A DNA stretch of 37,925 nucleotides from a virus (lineage: Duplodnaviria; Caudoviricetes): the IMG/VR virus record IMGVR_UViG_3300027986_000020, positions 1-37,925 of that record, one strand, 5' to 3'. Shown one piece after another: positions 22,964-31,255 of this stretch (positions are counted from its first letter, which is position 1; each line of letters opens with the position of its first letter). A program made the translations under genes and the position numbers. The notes below the pieces were generated by a model, which was not told the DNA's origin, searched no databases, and worked only from the letters and a program-made list of their open reading frames with translations.

Positions 22964-23464
22964 ATGGCATTGGAAATGCAGATTGGCGCCATCCTTGGTG
23001 ATGCAGCCCGTCCAAACTTATTCGAAGTCGAAATTCCATTCCTAGGTCGTGATTTTAATTTCAAATGTAAAGCCGCTTCTCTACCAGCTTCGACAGTGGA
23101 AAAGATTCCGGTTGGATATCAGAACCGTAAAATCAATTTAGGTGGTGACCGAGAATTTGAAGATTGGGTAATTACTGTTTACAACGATACAGGTCATTCT
23201 GTACGTGAACAGTTTCTTGATTGGAGCCGTATGGTTCAAATGCAAGACAGCAACATCTATGGTGATGCACCAGAAGATTACAAGAAAAATGGTTATGTTC
23301 GTCAGTTCGACCGTAAGGGTGTTCAAACTGTTCAATACCTCATTGTCGGCATGTTCCCAACTACAGTAGCAGAAATTGCACTGGACTGGGATACCAACAA
23401 CGAAATTGAAACATTTGAAGTTACTCTAGCTATTGACTGGTGGGAACCATCTACTACTGTTTAA
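22964..23464 (+). CDS. gp19: Tail tube protein gp19
   Basis: GD.ARPNLFEVEIPFLG..F.F.CKA, NRKIN.GGDR.F.DW..TVYND, LDWD.NNEIETFEVT.A.DWW. Confidence 0.98.
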   Translation: MALEMQIGAILGDAARPNLFEVEIPFLGRDFNFKCKAASLPASTVEKIPVGYQNRKINLGGDREFEDWVITVYNDTGHSVREQFLDWSRMVQMQDSNIYGDAPEDYKKNGYVRQFDRKGVQTVQYLIVGMFPTTVAEIALDWDTNNEIETFEVTLAIDWWEPSTTV

Positions 23465-23472
23465 TGTGATAC

Positions 23473-23490
23473 AGGGGCCAATTGGCCCCT
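23473..23490. repeat. Third copy of the GGGGCCAATTGGCCCC palindrome (no U-tract)
   Basis: AGGGGCCAATTGGCCCCT between gp19 and gp20. Confidence 0.85.
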
Positions 23491-23510
23491 ATTCTAAATT
23501 GGGATAACAA

Positions 23511-25118
23511 ATGGCACTACCGACATTCATCCAGAAAATGTTCAAGCCCTTCGAAGACGATTCTATTCAGCTTCCGTCTATCGTCGCCCCCTCAAATGAG
23601 GATGGTGCAATTGAACATGATGTTATGGATACTGGTTCTTTTCAAAATTGGCGTGGTCATGGTATCGACCTTGAACCGTCATACCAGAATTTGCCAGAGC
23701 TGATTGACATGTATCGCGACGTTGCTTCAAATCATGAAGTGCAGTCCGGTATCTCAGATATATGCGACCAAGCAATTGTAATGGATGACAACGAACCGGC
23801 CACCTTAAATCTGGACGGAACAGATTTTAGTATTGCTATCCAGCTAAAAATGTCCGAAGAATTCAAGTTGATTCTGAAAATGCTTGATTACCGCCATAAG
23901 GGGTATGATTACTTCCGTGATTGGTACATCGACGGTCGGAAAGTTATGCTCAAGGTAATTGATCCTAACAATCCGAAGAAAGGCATTCAGGAACTACGAG
24001 TTCTCGAACCAAAACAAGTTGTCAAGGTTCGAGAAAATAAAAAGAAAAATATTGATGGAAATGAAATTGTCACCGGAATTCATGATTTCTTTGTGTATCG
24101 TCCAGTTGACAAGACAGACCCAATCCATGTTGGATTCGGGATGCGTAAGGATTACATCCTACCAGTAGATATGGTCACCTATGCTCACTCTGGGCTATTT
24201 GATTCTACCGGTAAGACAATCATTTCATATATCCACCAAGCGATTAAACCGGCCAACATGTTAAAAATGTTGGAAGATGCTGCATTGATTTACATGATTG
24301 TCCGTGCCCCGGAACGTCGTGTGTTCTATATTGATACTGGTAACCTCCCTAAAGCGAAAGCCGAACAATATGTTCGTGGGATTATGACCGGATTCAAGAA
24401 TAAAATGACCTATGATGCGGTCAGCGGTAAAGTTAAAAACGGTTACAACACTCAATCCATGTTGGAAGACATGTGGCTCCCTCGACGTGAGGGTAACAAA
24501 GGGACCGAAATTGACACCTTACCCGGTGGTCAAAACATGGATGCTACCGATCTGTTGAATTACTACAAACAGAATCTGTATGATTCCCTGCAAGTTCCTG
24601 CGTCTAGAGTCGATAGCCAGTCGATGATCGATTTTGGGGCCGGTGGTACTGAAATCACCCGCGAAGAATTGAAGTTTGATAAATTCATCAAACGTTTACT
24701 TCTAAAATTCTCTACTCTATTGCTGGACCCACTTCGTACTAACTTGGTGTTGAAGAAAATCATCACCGAAGAGGAATGGGAAGAGAACAAGAACGAAATT
24801 CTGATCAAGTTTGCAGCAGACTCCTATTTCGCCGAGCGCAAGCAGGCCGAAATGATGCAAATGCGATTGACTAACTATACTCAAGTTCGTGACATCATTG
24901 GTGTGTATGTATCGCATGAATGGGCTGCACAAAACATTTTGAAAATGACTCTTGAAGAAATTGAAGTACAGCGCAAGAAAATTCTTGAAGAACAAAATGA
25001 TCCGATTTACAAACTTGCGGATCAACGTAACTTGGCAATGAATGGTGGTATTTCAGATACCGATCCATTTGCCCCGGCCCCCGATGGAACACCCGGTGGT
25101 CAACCCCCAATTCAATAA
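23511..25118 (+). CDS. gp20: Portal protein gp20
   Basis: AIKPAN.LKMLEDA..IY...RAPERRVFYIDTGN, SMLED.WLPRREG.KGTEIDTLPG, EITREELKF.KFI. Confidence 0.98.
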   Translation: MALPTFIQKMFKPFEDDSIQLPSIVAPSNEDGAIEHDVMDTGSFQNWRGHGIDLEPSYQNLPELIDMYRDVASNHEVQSGISDICDQAIVMDDNEPATLNLDGTDFSIAIQLKMSEEFKLILKMLDYRHKGYDYFRDWYIDGRKVMLKVIDPNNPKKGIQELRVLEPKQVVKVRENKKKNIDGNEIVTGIHDFFVYRPVDKTDPIHVGFGMRKDYILPVDMVTYAHSGLFDSTGKTIISYIHQAIKPANMLKMLEDAALIYMIVRAPERRVFYIDTGNLPKAKAEQYVRGIMTGFKNKMTYDAVSGKVKNGYNTQSMLEDMWLPRREGNKGTEIDTLPGGQNMDATDLLNYYKQNLYDSLQVPASRVDSQSMIDFGAGGTEITREELKFDKFIKRLLLKFSTLLLDPLRTNLVLKKIITEEEWEENKNEILIKFAADSYFAERKQAEMMQMRLTNYTQVRDIIGVYVSHEWAAQNILKMTLEEIEVQRKKILEEQNDPIYKLADQRNLAMNGGISDTDPFAPAPDGTPGGQPPIQ

Positions 25119-25138
25119 AGTAACCCGAGGTTTAAAGT

Positions 25139-25675
25139 ATGAGCGAGATTTTGACCGCTGCCCTTGAACAGAATCCTATCGAGTTTCAAGCGAAGTTCGA
25201 TGAGGCGGTCCAAGCCGCAATTCTGGCATCCAGCGCAACTATTACCGCCGATATTCTGAAACCTTTCCAAGAAGCAAAGGGTGAAAACCCTTTTGCCGAT
25301 AAGAAAGATGACGATAAAGGCGATGACAAAGACAAGTCCGATAAGAAAGATGATGAAGATAAGGACAAAGACAAGTCTGATAAAAAAGATGACAAAGACA
25401 AGGACGACAAGGAAGACAAAGACCCAAAAAAGTCTGATCTGACCGAGCGTACACTATCTTTCGAAGTTGGGAACCCTGCATCTGCATCTAAGCAACTTAG
25501 AAGCAAAGGTATTGCAGCGGCATCCGAACCGGGTGATGGCAAGGTCGTCAAAGTTAAAGTTGCAACCCCAGAAGATGGCCGTAAAATTTCAGCTTGGTTG
25601 CAGGATCAAGGATGGTCTGAAAAAGAAGTACATCAAAAGTATCCAGAATTATCACGTCTAGCTAAGGGTAACTAA
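25139..25675 (+). CDS. Prohead core protein (gp67 position) with Lys/Asp low-complexity linker and an extra C-terminal domain
   Basis: N-terminal helix EILTAAL..NPIEFQAKFDEAV is gp67-like; DKDKSDKKDD repeats; synteny after the portal. Confidence 0.65.
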   Translation: MSEILTAALEQNPIEFQAKFDEAVQAAILASSATITADILKPFQEAKGENPFADKKDDDKGDDKDKSDKKDDEDKDKDKSDKKDDKDKDDKEDKDPKKSDLTERTLSFEVGNPASASKQLRSKGIAAASEPGDGKVVKVKVATPEDGRKISAWLQDQGWSEKEVHQKYPELSRLAKGN

Positions 25676-26112
25676 TGTTCGAATTAAGTCTACAAGATAT
25701 TCTTGGGACTTTGTACGAAGCAACTGATACTGGGTACAGATACAAATACGAGTTGGGTCCAAAAGAGCTGGCAATGGTTCTAACCCAACTCGATTTGACT
25801 TCTAAGCAAGTTGGGGATTCGTTGGATATTAGCGATAATGATGACGATGAAGACAATCAAGTATTGGGTAAGTATTCCGATGGGGTGTTGACCACCGATA
25901 TTAAGGTACAGGATTATCTGGATCTGAAAATCGTGAAGAAACTCGTTAAGGAATCGCACATCAAGAAAGACGGTTCGCTTGATATGCGCAAATTGCTTGG
26001 CAAAGCAACTAAGAAATATCAGCAAGCACTTGTCGCACAAGGAACGTATGCAACTCCGGTAGCCGGGGACATCGCAGGTTCACCGACAAATCCTGATAGT
26101 TCCGAAATTTAA
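25675..26112 (+). CDS. Putative prohead core protein (gp68 position)
   Basis: Synteny and size (145 aa) only; TAATG overlap. Confidence 0.5.
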   Translation: MFELSLQDILGTLYEATDTGYRYKYELGPKELAMVLTQLDLTSKQVGDSLDISDNDDDEDNQVLGKYSDGVLTTDIKVQDYLDLKIVKKLVKESHIKKDGSLDMRKLLGKATKKYQQALVAQGTYATPVAGDIAGSPTNPDSSEI

Positions 26113-26115
26113 CGA

Positions 26116-26123
26116 TATAAATA
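26116..26123 (+). promoter_or_regulatory. T4-type late promoter
   Basis: gaTATAAATA upstream of gp21. Confidence 0.85.
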
Positions 26124-26143
26124 CTATCAGATAGAGGTTAAAC

Positions 26144-26932
26144 ATGACTGATCAACTGATCGTCGAGTCGCAGGAATACCTATTCACTGAGGTTGAAGAC
26201 TTCAAAGTGGAAATGGTTACCGAAGTCTCAAAGAGCGGCGACAAGAACTTATACGTCGAAGGTATTGCAATGCAGGCCGAGACATTGAACGGTAACGGGC
26301 GAGTATATCCAACCCGCGTTATGTCGGAAGCTGTAGACCAGTACGTCGATAGGTATGTAAGCAAAAATCAAGCGTTGGGTGAATGTGACCATCCACCACG
26401 ACCTAATGTCCTGTTGTCGGAGGCTAGCCATTTGATCCAAAAGATTTGGACCGAAGGGAATAACGTCTGCGCACGGGCCATCATCTTGAATGGTGCAAAG
26501 GGTCAACAAGTACGCGCATTGATCGAAGGTGGTTGGACTCCTACAGTTTCAACCCGTGGTTTGGGTAAAGCGGTTCAAATCAATGAATCCAAATCAAAAT
26601 ACGGTCGTGCTTACACAGAAATTACCAAATTCCAACTTACTGCTGGGTTTGACTTCGTTCATAACCAATCCGCACCGGGCGCTGTAATGGCTGGGGTATA
26701 TGAGTCTAATGGACACATCTATATTCCACTGCGACAAAAAGAAACATGCGATTGGGATAAGGTATCTTACGGACTGCGCAATTTGGCAGGACTAAATACT
26801 CCGATGATTATCGAATCAACCACCGGTCATGATGGAATGAAATTGTCCACAAAGGGCGGCGTTCTTATTATTGAATGCGATACCAGTAAATGGTCCGTTC
26901 CGGTAAAAGAACTTAAAAAATATCTAGGCTAA
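26144..26932 (+). CDS. gp21: Prohead protease gp21
   Basis: LYVEGI.MQAE..N.NGRVYP, QALGE.DHPPR, VSTRGLG (catalytic His/Ser), SAPGA. Confidence 0.95.
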   Translation: MTDQLIVESQEYLFTEVEDFKVEMVTEVSKSGDKNLYVEGIAMQAETLNGNGRVYPTRVMSEAVDQYVDRYVSKNQALGECDHPPRPNVLLSEASHLIQKIWTEGNNVCARAIILNGAKGQQVRALIEGGWTPTVSTRGLGKAVQINESKSKYGRAYTEITKFQLTAGFDFVHNQSAPGAVMAGVYESNGHIYIPLRQKETCDWDKVSYGLRNLAGLNTPMIIESTTGHDGMKLSTKGGVLIIECDTSKWSVPVKELKKYLG

Positions 26933-26956
26933 GGCTGGAATGCCCAGTCCAATTGA

Positions 26957-26964
26957 TATAAATA
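26957..26964 (+). promoter_or_regulatory. T4-type late promoter
   Basis: gaTATAAATA upstream of gp22. Confidence 0.85.
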
Positions 26965-26991
26965 CTTCAAACAATTCTTGGAGAGTCTTTA

Positions 26992-27786
26992 ATGACTAAC
27001 AAAACTATTGGCGCTGAGCTTCTAAATACTGATGAAGTAAAAGCGCTGTTCGAAAGTGTTGGTGCCCCGGCAGATAAGATTGACGACTTCGTTGAAGTTT
27101 TCAATGCCGCTGTAGCCGCACAAACCAAAGCTGGTGTTGACTCGCTGGTGGAGGCTAAAGTTGCAGAGCTGGAAGCCAAAGCTGTTGAACATACAAACTT
27201 CCTAAACGAAAAAGCCGAAGAATACAAACTTCTGGTTAAAGAAGAAATGTCGGCTAAAGTTGATGCCTACGTTAAACATTTCGCCGAAGAATTCGTTGCT
27301 GACAATAAGCCAGTTATCGAATCCAACGTTAAAGCAACTATGTTTAGTTCGCTGATGGGCGATCTTGTTGGTGTTATGGAAAACTACAATATCAAACTGT
27401 CTGATGAACAAAAAGACGTTCTGGGTATTGCAGAATCTGAGCTGGTCGCTATTAAAGCTACCCTAGCCGAATCGCAAGCAAAAGTTATCGAACTGGCTGC
27501 TACTATTAGTGAAAGTAAACGAGCTGACATCCTAGATGCCGCTGTTGCCGATCTAGTTGAATCGCAAGCTGAAAAAGTTCGTGAATTGGCAAGTGACATC
27601 GTGTTCAGCGATAAGTATGCCGAAAAAGTTAAACGCATTGTAGAAGCAATCGCAAGCAAACCAGCCGCACCTGCTGCTGATAAAACCGACGTTGTTACCG
27701 AAGTTAAAGATCCGGTAGTTGACGATAAGCCTGCTGTTTCTGCTCATATGCAACAATACCTAGGCGCAGCACGCCGTCTAGCGTAA
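26992..27786 (+). CDS. gp22: Prohead scaffold protein gp22
   Basis: Acidic coiled coil; L.ESQAEKV.EL; C-terminal M.QYL.AARRLA; synteny. Confidence 0.9.
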   Translation: MTNKTIGAELLNTDEVKALFESVGAPADKIDDFVEVFNAAVAAQTKAGVDSLVEAKVAELEAKAVEHTNFLNEKAEEYKLLVKEEMSAKVDAYVKHFAEEFVADNKPVIESNVKATMFSSLMGDLVGVMENYNIKLSDEQKDVLGIAESELVAIKATLAESQAKVIELAATISESKRADILDAAVADLVESQAEKVRELASDIVFSDKYAEKVKRIVEAIASKPAAPAADKTDVVTEVKDPVVDDKPAVSAHMQQYLGAARRLA

Positions 27787-27796
27787 TAAATAGATG

Positions 27797-27831
27797 AAAA
27801 GTGAATTTATTTTGTAAATAGTTCACTTTTT
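27797..27831 (+). terminator. AT-rich hairpin, possible terminator, between gp22 and gp23
   Basis: AAAAGTGAA...TTCACTTTTT inverted repeat. Confidence 0.5.
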
Positions 27832-27854
27832 AGCGAAAACTTGAAATTAATAGA

Positions 27855-27862
27855 TATAAATA
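27855..27862 (+). promoter_or_regulatory. T4-type late promoter
   Basis: gaTATAAATA upstream of gp23. Confidence 0.88.
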
Positions 27863-27907
27863 CATATATCAAAAACCTTTTTAACAATTTCCATTCTGGA
27901 GAATAGA

Positions 27908-29416
27908 ATGACTGCTCTTACTGAAAAGTGGCAAGCCCTTCTGGAAGACAAAGAACTGCCTGCAATTGCTACCGCTAAAAAATCGGAAATCATTGCTACA
28001 ATTCTTGAGAACCAAGAAAAAGACTTGCGCGAATCTGGTCAACTGACCGAAGCCAACGTACAAGGCGATTATACTGGCGGTGCCGCTGGTGTTGCTGGTG
28101 GTTCTACTACTGGTGGTATCGTTGGTACAGCTCCTGTAGTTATGGGTCTGGTTCGTCGTGTTATGCCACAACTGATGGCCTTTGAAACTGTTGGTGTACA
28201 ACCACTGGCTCAACCATCGGGTCAAGTGTTTTACCTTCGTTCCGTTTACGGTTCTAACCCACGTCAGACCGGCTTCACCGAAGCTTTCCGTCCGGGTCAA
28301 GCTCCGCAAGTGGGTTGGTCGGGTAGCCTAGGTGACGGTTCTTCAATCGGCGCTCTGCAAATCCCTAACGCTGTTGCAATCGCTGCTGGCAACGTTATTA
28401 ACCCTAACGATTTCGTAAAATTCACCGGTGCTAATAACTCGACTGAATATGTACAATACGTTGGTGTTGCTGCTCACACCGTTGGTTCTGATGCCACCGC
28501 TGACTTCGCTGCACTTGTTACTTCGAATCAACTGGTTCCAGTTGGATCGGGTCTGTTGACTTCCATTGCTGAAACCATGGAAAACTTCAACGGTACTTCG
28601 GGTAACCCATACGCTGAAATGTCGTTCCGTATCGACAAACAAACTGTAACTGCAAAATCTCGTCAACTGAAAGCTCAATACTCTATTGAACTTGCACAAG
28701 ACTTGCGTGCTGTTCACGGTCTGGATGCAGATTCTGAACTGTACGGTATTCTGGCACAAGAAATTCTGGTTGAAATCAACCGTGAAACAGTTAACACCGT
28801 TCTGACTCAAGCTCAAACTGGTGCCGCTGGTATGACCGCTGGTACAACTACCGCTGGTGTGTTTGACCTTGCTGATGCGAACGATGTTAAAAACGCTCGT
28901 TGGGCTGGTGAAGCTTACAAGGCGCTGTTGATTCAGATCGAAAAAGAAGCCAACGAAATCGGTCGTCAGACTGGACGTGGCAACGGTAACTTCATTATCG
29001 CTTCGCGTAACGTTGTTTCCGCTCTGGCAATGACCGATGCTCTAGTTAGCTGGGGTCAAGCTGGTCTGCAAGCTGGTCTGTCTACCGAAACCAACTCTAG
29101 CGTATTCGCTGGTGTTCTAGGTGGTCGTTTCAAAGTGTTCATCGATCAGTACGCCCAATTTGACTACTTCGTAGTTGGATTCAAAGGCCAAACTGAAATG
29201 GATGCCGGTGTTTACTACAGTCCGTATGTTCCGCTGACCACTCTGCGTGGACAAAACCCAGCTAACTTGCAACCTGTAATGGCTCTGAAAACTCGTTACG
29301 CGATGAGTGTTAACCCGTTTGCTCTGCCGCAAGAACAACAAATCATCGACGGTTCGCCACTGCGCACTATCGGTAAGAACCCATACTACCGCCGTGTAAT
29401 GGTAAAAGGTCTGTAA
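27908..29416 (+). CDS. gp23: Major capsid protein gp23
   Basis: EKW..LLE, LENQE, LTE^A cleavage site, EM.FRIDKQ...AKSRQLKAQYSIELAQDLRAVHG.DAD.EL, N.YYRRV.VKGL. Confidence 0.99.
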   Translation: MTALTEKWQALLEDKELPAIATAKKSEIIATILENQEKDLRESGQLTEANVQGDYTGGAAGVAGGSTTGGIVGTAPVVMGLVRRVMPQLMAFETVGVQPLAQPSGQVFYLRSVYGSNPRQTGFTEAFRPGQAPQVGWSGSLGDGSSIGALQIPNAVAIAAGNVINPNDFVKFTGANNSTEYVQYVGVAAHTVGSDATADFAALVTSNQLVPVGSGLLTSIAETMENFNGTSGNPYAEMSFRIDKQTVTAKSRQLKAQYSIELAQDLRAVHGLDADSELYGILAQEILVEINRETVNTVLTQAQTGAAGMTAGTTTAGVFDLADANDVKNARWAGEAYKALLIQIEKEANEIGRQTGRGNGNFIIASRNVVSALAMTDALVSWGQAGLQAGLSTETNSSVFAGVLGGRFKVFIDQYAQFDYFVVGFKGQTEMDAGVYYSPYVPLTTLRGQNPANLQPVMALKTRYAMSVNPFALPQEQQIIDGSPLRTIGKNPYYRRVMVKGL

Positions 29417-29445
29417 TAGATCGTTTGCCGGGTTCAAAACAAATC

Positions 29446-29474
29446 AAGGGAATCCGAAAGGGTTCCCTTTTTTT
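29446..29474 (+). terminator. Intrinsic terminator after gp23
   Basis: AAGGGAATCC-GAAA-GGGTTCCCTT followed by a T-run. Confidence 0.9.
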
Positions 29475-29490
29475 ATTGCTAAAAATTTGA

Positions 29491-29498
29491 TATAAATA
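29491..29498 (+). promoter_or_regulatory. T4-type late promoter
   Basis: gaTATAAATA upstream of the 29540 ORF. Confidence 0.85.
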
Positions 29499-29539
29499 AG
29501 GTTGGGTAATAATACCCAATATACCCAATGGGAGGGGTT

Positions 29540-29833
29540 ATGACCGCACCAAAGTTAACACCGGGGAGATTTGATAAAATGGGTCCAATTGTTGTACCCC
29601 ATGATATTTTCAAATATGTTACAACTCATACCGGGTGGTCTACCACAATTAGTTCGTATGTTCCTGCTTCACGTCAACCACTATTAACCGCCATCAAATA
29701 TTGGATGGATCTAAATGGTGCTTGTATTGTTAGATCGCATTCAAGTAATAAATTTGCTGCGATTAAGGACATTACACAATGTGCGACTATCGTATACGGA
29801 AAACCAAAGATTTCCGGTAACACGCTACACTAA
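29540..29833 (+). CDS. Stand-alone paralog of the Inh C-terminal (Inh/Hoc-type) domain
   Basis: GGAGG RBS precedes ATG 29540. GPIVVPHDIFKYVTTHTGW...YWMDLNGACIVRSHSSNKF aligns by eye with the 31255-31740 product. Confidence 0.7.
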   Translation: MTAPKLTPGRFDKMGPIVVPHDIFKYVTTHTGWSTTISSYVPASRQPLLTAIKYWMDLNGACIVRSHSSNKFAAIKDITQCATIVYGKPKISGNTLH

Positions 29834-29836
29834 TAG

Positions 29837-29861
29837 AAAGGGGCCGAAAGGCTCCTTTTTT
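29837..29861 (+). terminator. Intrinsic terminator
   Basis: AAAGGGGCC-GAAA-GGCTCCTTTTTT. Confidence 0.88.
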
Positions 29862-29867
29862 ATTTTC

Positions 29868-29896
29868 TTGACATCAGAACCGAATTGAAATAGAAT
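29868..29896 (+). promoter_or_regulatory. Sigma70-type (early) promoter
   Basis: TTGACA (29868-73), 17-nt spacer, TAGAAT (29891-96), with an AT-rich upstream region. Confidence 0.88.
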
Positions 29897-29924
29897 GGCA
29901 CCACTCAGAACAGAAAGGTGCGTT

Positions 29925-30272
29925 ATGAACGTTTGGGAAACTCTGCAATCGATCAAAGATAATGGTCCGGTTGAACATTACTACGGGATTTGTTCGAATT
30001 TTGTAAGAATGTCTGATGTTTGGTCGGATTTATTGGATGTTTGGGAGGACAATCACCAAGCTTGTTTCAAAGCTTGGGATGAATTCAGTGGGAGCATCTA
30101 CTATCCGATCCCCGGTTATGATGATCAAACACCATATGAAGCGTTCGACCTTACCGATGGGGCTATCATGTGGGATCGGAATCATGAATACGGTGCGGCT
30201 CGATGGAGACTGTTGGATCATTGCATCGAATGGTTCAAGAACTTCGAAACCAATCCACAACCAATGGTGTAA
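29925..30272 (+). CDS. Hypothetical early protein
   Basis: AAGGTG RBS precedes ATG 29925; Trp/Cys-rich (GICSN, W.EFSG..YYPIP, YGAARWRLLDH). Confidence 0.8.
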   Translation: MNVWETLQSIKDNGPVEHYYGICSNFVRMSDVWSDLLDVWEDNHQACFKAWDEFSGSIYYPIPGYDDQTPYEAFDLTDGAIMWDRNHEYGAARWRLLDHCIEWFKNFETNPQPMV

Positions 30273-30273
30273 C

Positions 30274-30681
30274 ATGAACAACCACCTGTACCCAATCAAA
30301 TTGCACACCCTTCTCAAAAATTTGGTTGATACCGAAGTGTTTAGGAGCCGGATTCCACCAAAAGAAATCCGCCTGAACTCCCCGGATGATGATAAAACTC
30401 GGGTGATGTTATTTGCCAATGAAGTTCATCATGCGGTATGTCAGTTACCGGATTTGAAAGTAATTGAGCCAATTTCCACCCGCAAGCGACTTGCGATCCC
30501 AAATAAACGCTGGTTGGGTCACTGCTGGGTCGGTGCCATGTTCGAGGTGTATACCTGCGAAGGGGAGTTGATTTATTCTCAACCGGTTGAGGAAGTCAAG
30601 GGGTATCTTTCGGCGGCTATTGAAGTAGAATTGTTGTCAATGCTCTTGGAGTCCCACGGTCATAAGATTGATATGGTGTAA
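30274..30681 (+). CDS. Hypothetical early protein
   Basis: ATG follows the previous stop (TAAcATG) with a GGTG RBS; 135 aa. Confidence 0.75.
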   Translation: MNNHLYPIKLHTLLKNLVDTEVFRSRIPPKEIRLNSPDDDKTRVMLFANEVHHAVCQLPDLKVIEPISTRKRLAIPNKRWLGHCWVGAMFEVYTCEGELIYSQPVEEVKGYLSAAIEVELLSMLLESHGHKIDMV

Positions 30682-30739
30682 CATGACAAACGAAATGCTT
30701 GTATGCTGTAATTAAGATCATTAATTTTTGAGGTGCTTT

Positions 30740-30934
30740 ATGATGCAATGGTTTGTGGTGTACATGTTGATGAACGTCGGCCCCGGTATTACAACTCCTT
30801 TTCAGATGATGCCAGCGGCATCCCATGAGAGGTGTATCGAAACTGGCGAGGCATGGGTACAACAGATGTCTAACCAGATCGGTCATGCTCGATACGTTTG
30901 TATCCAATTGCCTGATGCCAGATTTGAACGATGA
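30740..30934 (+). CDS. Small hypothetical protein with hydrophobic N-terminus and two Cys
   Basis: GAGGTG RBS precedes ATG 30740; MMQWFVVYMLM...C...C. Confidence 0.65.
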   Translation: MMQWFVVYMLMNVGPGITTPFQMMPAASHERCIETGEAWVQQMSNQIGHARYVCIQLPDARFER

Positions 30935-30958
30935 CCGTTTGGAAATCATTGAGACAAT

Positions 30959-30985
30959 AAAAAAGGAGCCGAAAGGCTCCTTTTT
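30959..30985. terminator. Bidirectional terminator
   Basis: A-run, GGAGCC-GAAA-GGCTCC, T-run, between convergent genes. Confidence 0.9.
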
Positions 30986-30988
30986 CTT

Positions 30989-31255
30989 TTATGCACTCAC
31001 AACAACCCAATCTTCGGCTAGGATATCTGTCTGAGAAGCGAGCCACGGCACGCATTTCCCATCAGCGGTACGCATATCAATATGCGGACAATAATCGATT
31101 GTGGTGCCTTCTGGGAAGATCCCAAGCAATGGCGCACGACTTACCGTGAATTGTGATCCAGATACAAGGTACAGGAACATTCCTTTACCATTCCAACCAC
31201 TACGGGCGACCAACAACCCACCTTTCAATGCCGATAATGCTTCACCAAAATTCAT
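30989..31255 (-). CDS. DUF2829 / Thoeris anti-defence 2 (Tad2)-like sponge protein
   Basis: MNFGEAL.ALK.G..VAR.GWNGKGMFLYL...PWLASQTDILAEDW signature. The start overlaps the inh stop. Confidence 0.85.
   Translation of the reverse strand: MNFGEALSALKGGLLVARSGWNGKGMFLYLVSGSQFTVSRAPLLGIFPEGTTIDYCPHIDMRTADGKCVPWLASQTDILAEDWVVVSA

Noticed and set aside
25297-25436. CRISPR-like or regulatory repeat array
   Set aside because: This is low-complexity coding sequence for a Lys/Asp linker, with no repeat-spacer structure.
30016-30273. N-terminal 86 aa of the 221-aa ORF 30016-30681
   Set aside because: It overlaps the 29925-30272 gene in another frame. The likely start is ATG 30274 with its own RBS.
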